A DNA stretch of 64,000 bases from Mizuhopecten yessoensis (lineage: Eukaryota): assembly GCF_002113885.1 (NCBI RefSeq), contig NW_018405595.1:1653965-1717964 (forward strand), in the 5' to 3' direction. Of the stretch, positions 62,772 through 64,000 are shown piece by piece (position 1 is the stretch's first letter; each line of letters begins with the position of its first letter). Both the position numbers and the translations under genes were made by a program. The notes beneath the pieces were generated by a model. It was not told the origin of the DNA. It made no database searches and saw only the letters and a list, made by a program, of their open reading frames with translations.

Positions 62772-63494
62772 TAGGGTTGTCAAACCGGTCTTATTTTTTG
62801 TAACCGGTTACTTTTCTACCAATCGAGCGACCGGTTAATCGGTCAATTTGGTAGTCAAATAATAAACAGCAGCGAATACAGTATATGTTTGGAAAATGTT
62901 CTGTCTAAAACGTATTTACACCACAATCATACATTTATATATATATACCAGCAGGATAGTTTACTCGTGTATTGCAAGGTTTACACAGGAAATAGTTGCA
63001 TGTAACCTCAGTAATTATATGTCATGGACAACGAATGTCGGAATGCAGTAAGACGGATTCAATTACAGTTATCTGTACTCGAAACCATATGCGGTAATAT
63101 TAAATCTTTAGAACAAAATGTGCTTGACAAACATCTCGCATGTAAAGGCGCGTTCTATCTCAGAAAGTTGGTATTTCACAACTTTGTATTCTGGCTTCCT
63201 TTTAAAATCTGTTCAGATTTGTTATGGTGTTGGCGACATCTCTTTGTCAGTATTTAAATTAGAGTACAAAATGAACACTTACATGTAATCCCTGAACACT
63301 GTTTATAATACAAAACTTTATCAATTTTGGTCGCATCTATACAAATGCAGATTGTTTGTAGGTCTAAGCCAGGGAAATATGGGGGTCACAAAAGGGGTAA
63401 GTAAATGTCCGACTATTCGGTAAAGGATTTTGGTAACCGGTTCGTGGTCTTTCGCCCGAGTAACCGGTTTACCGGCTAACCGTTGACAACCCTA
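62772..63494. mobile_element. Non-autonomous hAT-type element (723 bp)
   Basis: TIRs TAGGGTTGTCAA / TTGACAACCCTA, 8-bp TSD CATAATAC (62764-62771; 63495-63502), and clustered subterminal ACCGGT motifs at both ends. Confidence 0.9.
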
Positions 63495-63949
63495 CATAAT
63501 ACATCTACATACATAACTGTACCAAATCTATAACATCGGTTAATATATAAATGTCGACCAATCAGGACCCGACCTAATACGGACACATTGTCAAATAAAA
63601 AAAAATCAACGCAGATCGCAGTAGTGTTCGTAATGACACTGCACACTTTTACATAGGGATTTTGGACAATGCATACATTTCGACTAATCAGAAGCCAGTC
63701 TGCAGCAGCCGTTCTGAGGAAGATGTTGGCCTTTTCCCCATCTTCAAGAACACGATTAAAATATTCAATTAAACAACTTTTATTGTGGTCCATCCATCAG
63801 AACAGAAATTATTATAGACTGAAATGACTCAGCAAATGATAGGCCATGCTTTAGATCTGTTCGGAAACTTAACATCGAATATCATCAGTAACTTCATGTA
63901 TTATGTAAAAGAGTGGATTAATTAGGTTGCCTAACAAGCGTCAGCTGTA

Positions 63950-64000
63950 GGGAAATTCCATTTAGCTTAGCGTTAGAGCATCGGGTTGGAGAGCCAAGGG
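63950..64000 (+). mobile_element. Probable tRNA-derived SINE head, cut by the window end
   Basis: A-box-like tagcttagcgttagagcatcgg. Confidence 0.4.

Noticed and set aside
59834-64000. Remaining AS3MT exons (expected FVSATYRLFK-like segment)
   Set aside because: Not found by eye; they probably lie beyond the window, so gene integrity downstream cannot be judged.

Overview
AT-rich, intron-containing animal genomic DNA. The repeat types and gene content suggest a bivalve mollusc (inference). Three + strand host genes can be rebuilt by hand from GT-AG, phase-consistent exons. (1) A 3-exon, 172-aa secreted PAN/Apple + ShKT protein (1344-8624). (2) A 13-coding-exon, 833-aa secreted animal heme peroxidase (19245-34800). 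It keeps the catalytic Gln/His/Arg and proximal His/Asn, lacks both heme ester-bond residues, and ends in a Thr/Ser/Lys/Ala repeat tail. (3) The first six coding exons of an arsenite methyltransferase (AS3MT) homologue (53315 to >59833) with Gly at the position of catalytic Cys206. The rest is mostly mobile DNA: an internally deleted Kolobok transposon (TTAA TSD, THAP-DDE remnant, apparently intact KolX), a CR1-type LINE with an intact 1116-aa ORF and a 2A-like DVELNPGP motif, a decayed DIRS/Ngaro-type tyrosine-recombinase retrotransposon with an inverted duplication and a nested LINE tail, an L2-type relic, several MITEs, SINE fragments and minisatellites. Most other ORFs in the track, including the long ORFs at 20-22 kb, are best explained as noise or tandem-repeat artefacts. 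No database searches were run; family assignments rest on motif recognition.
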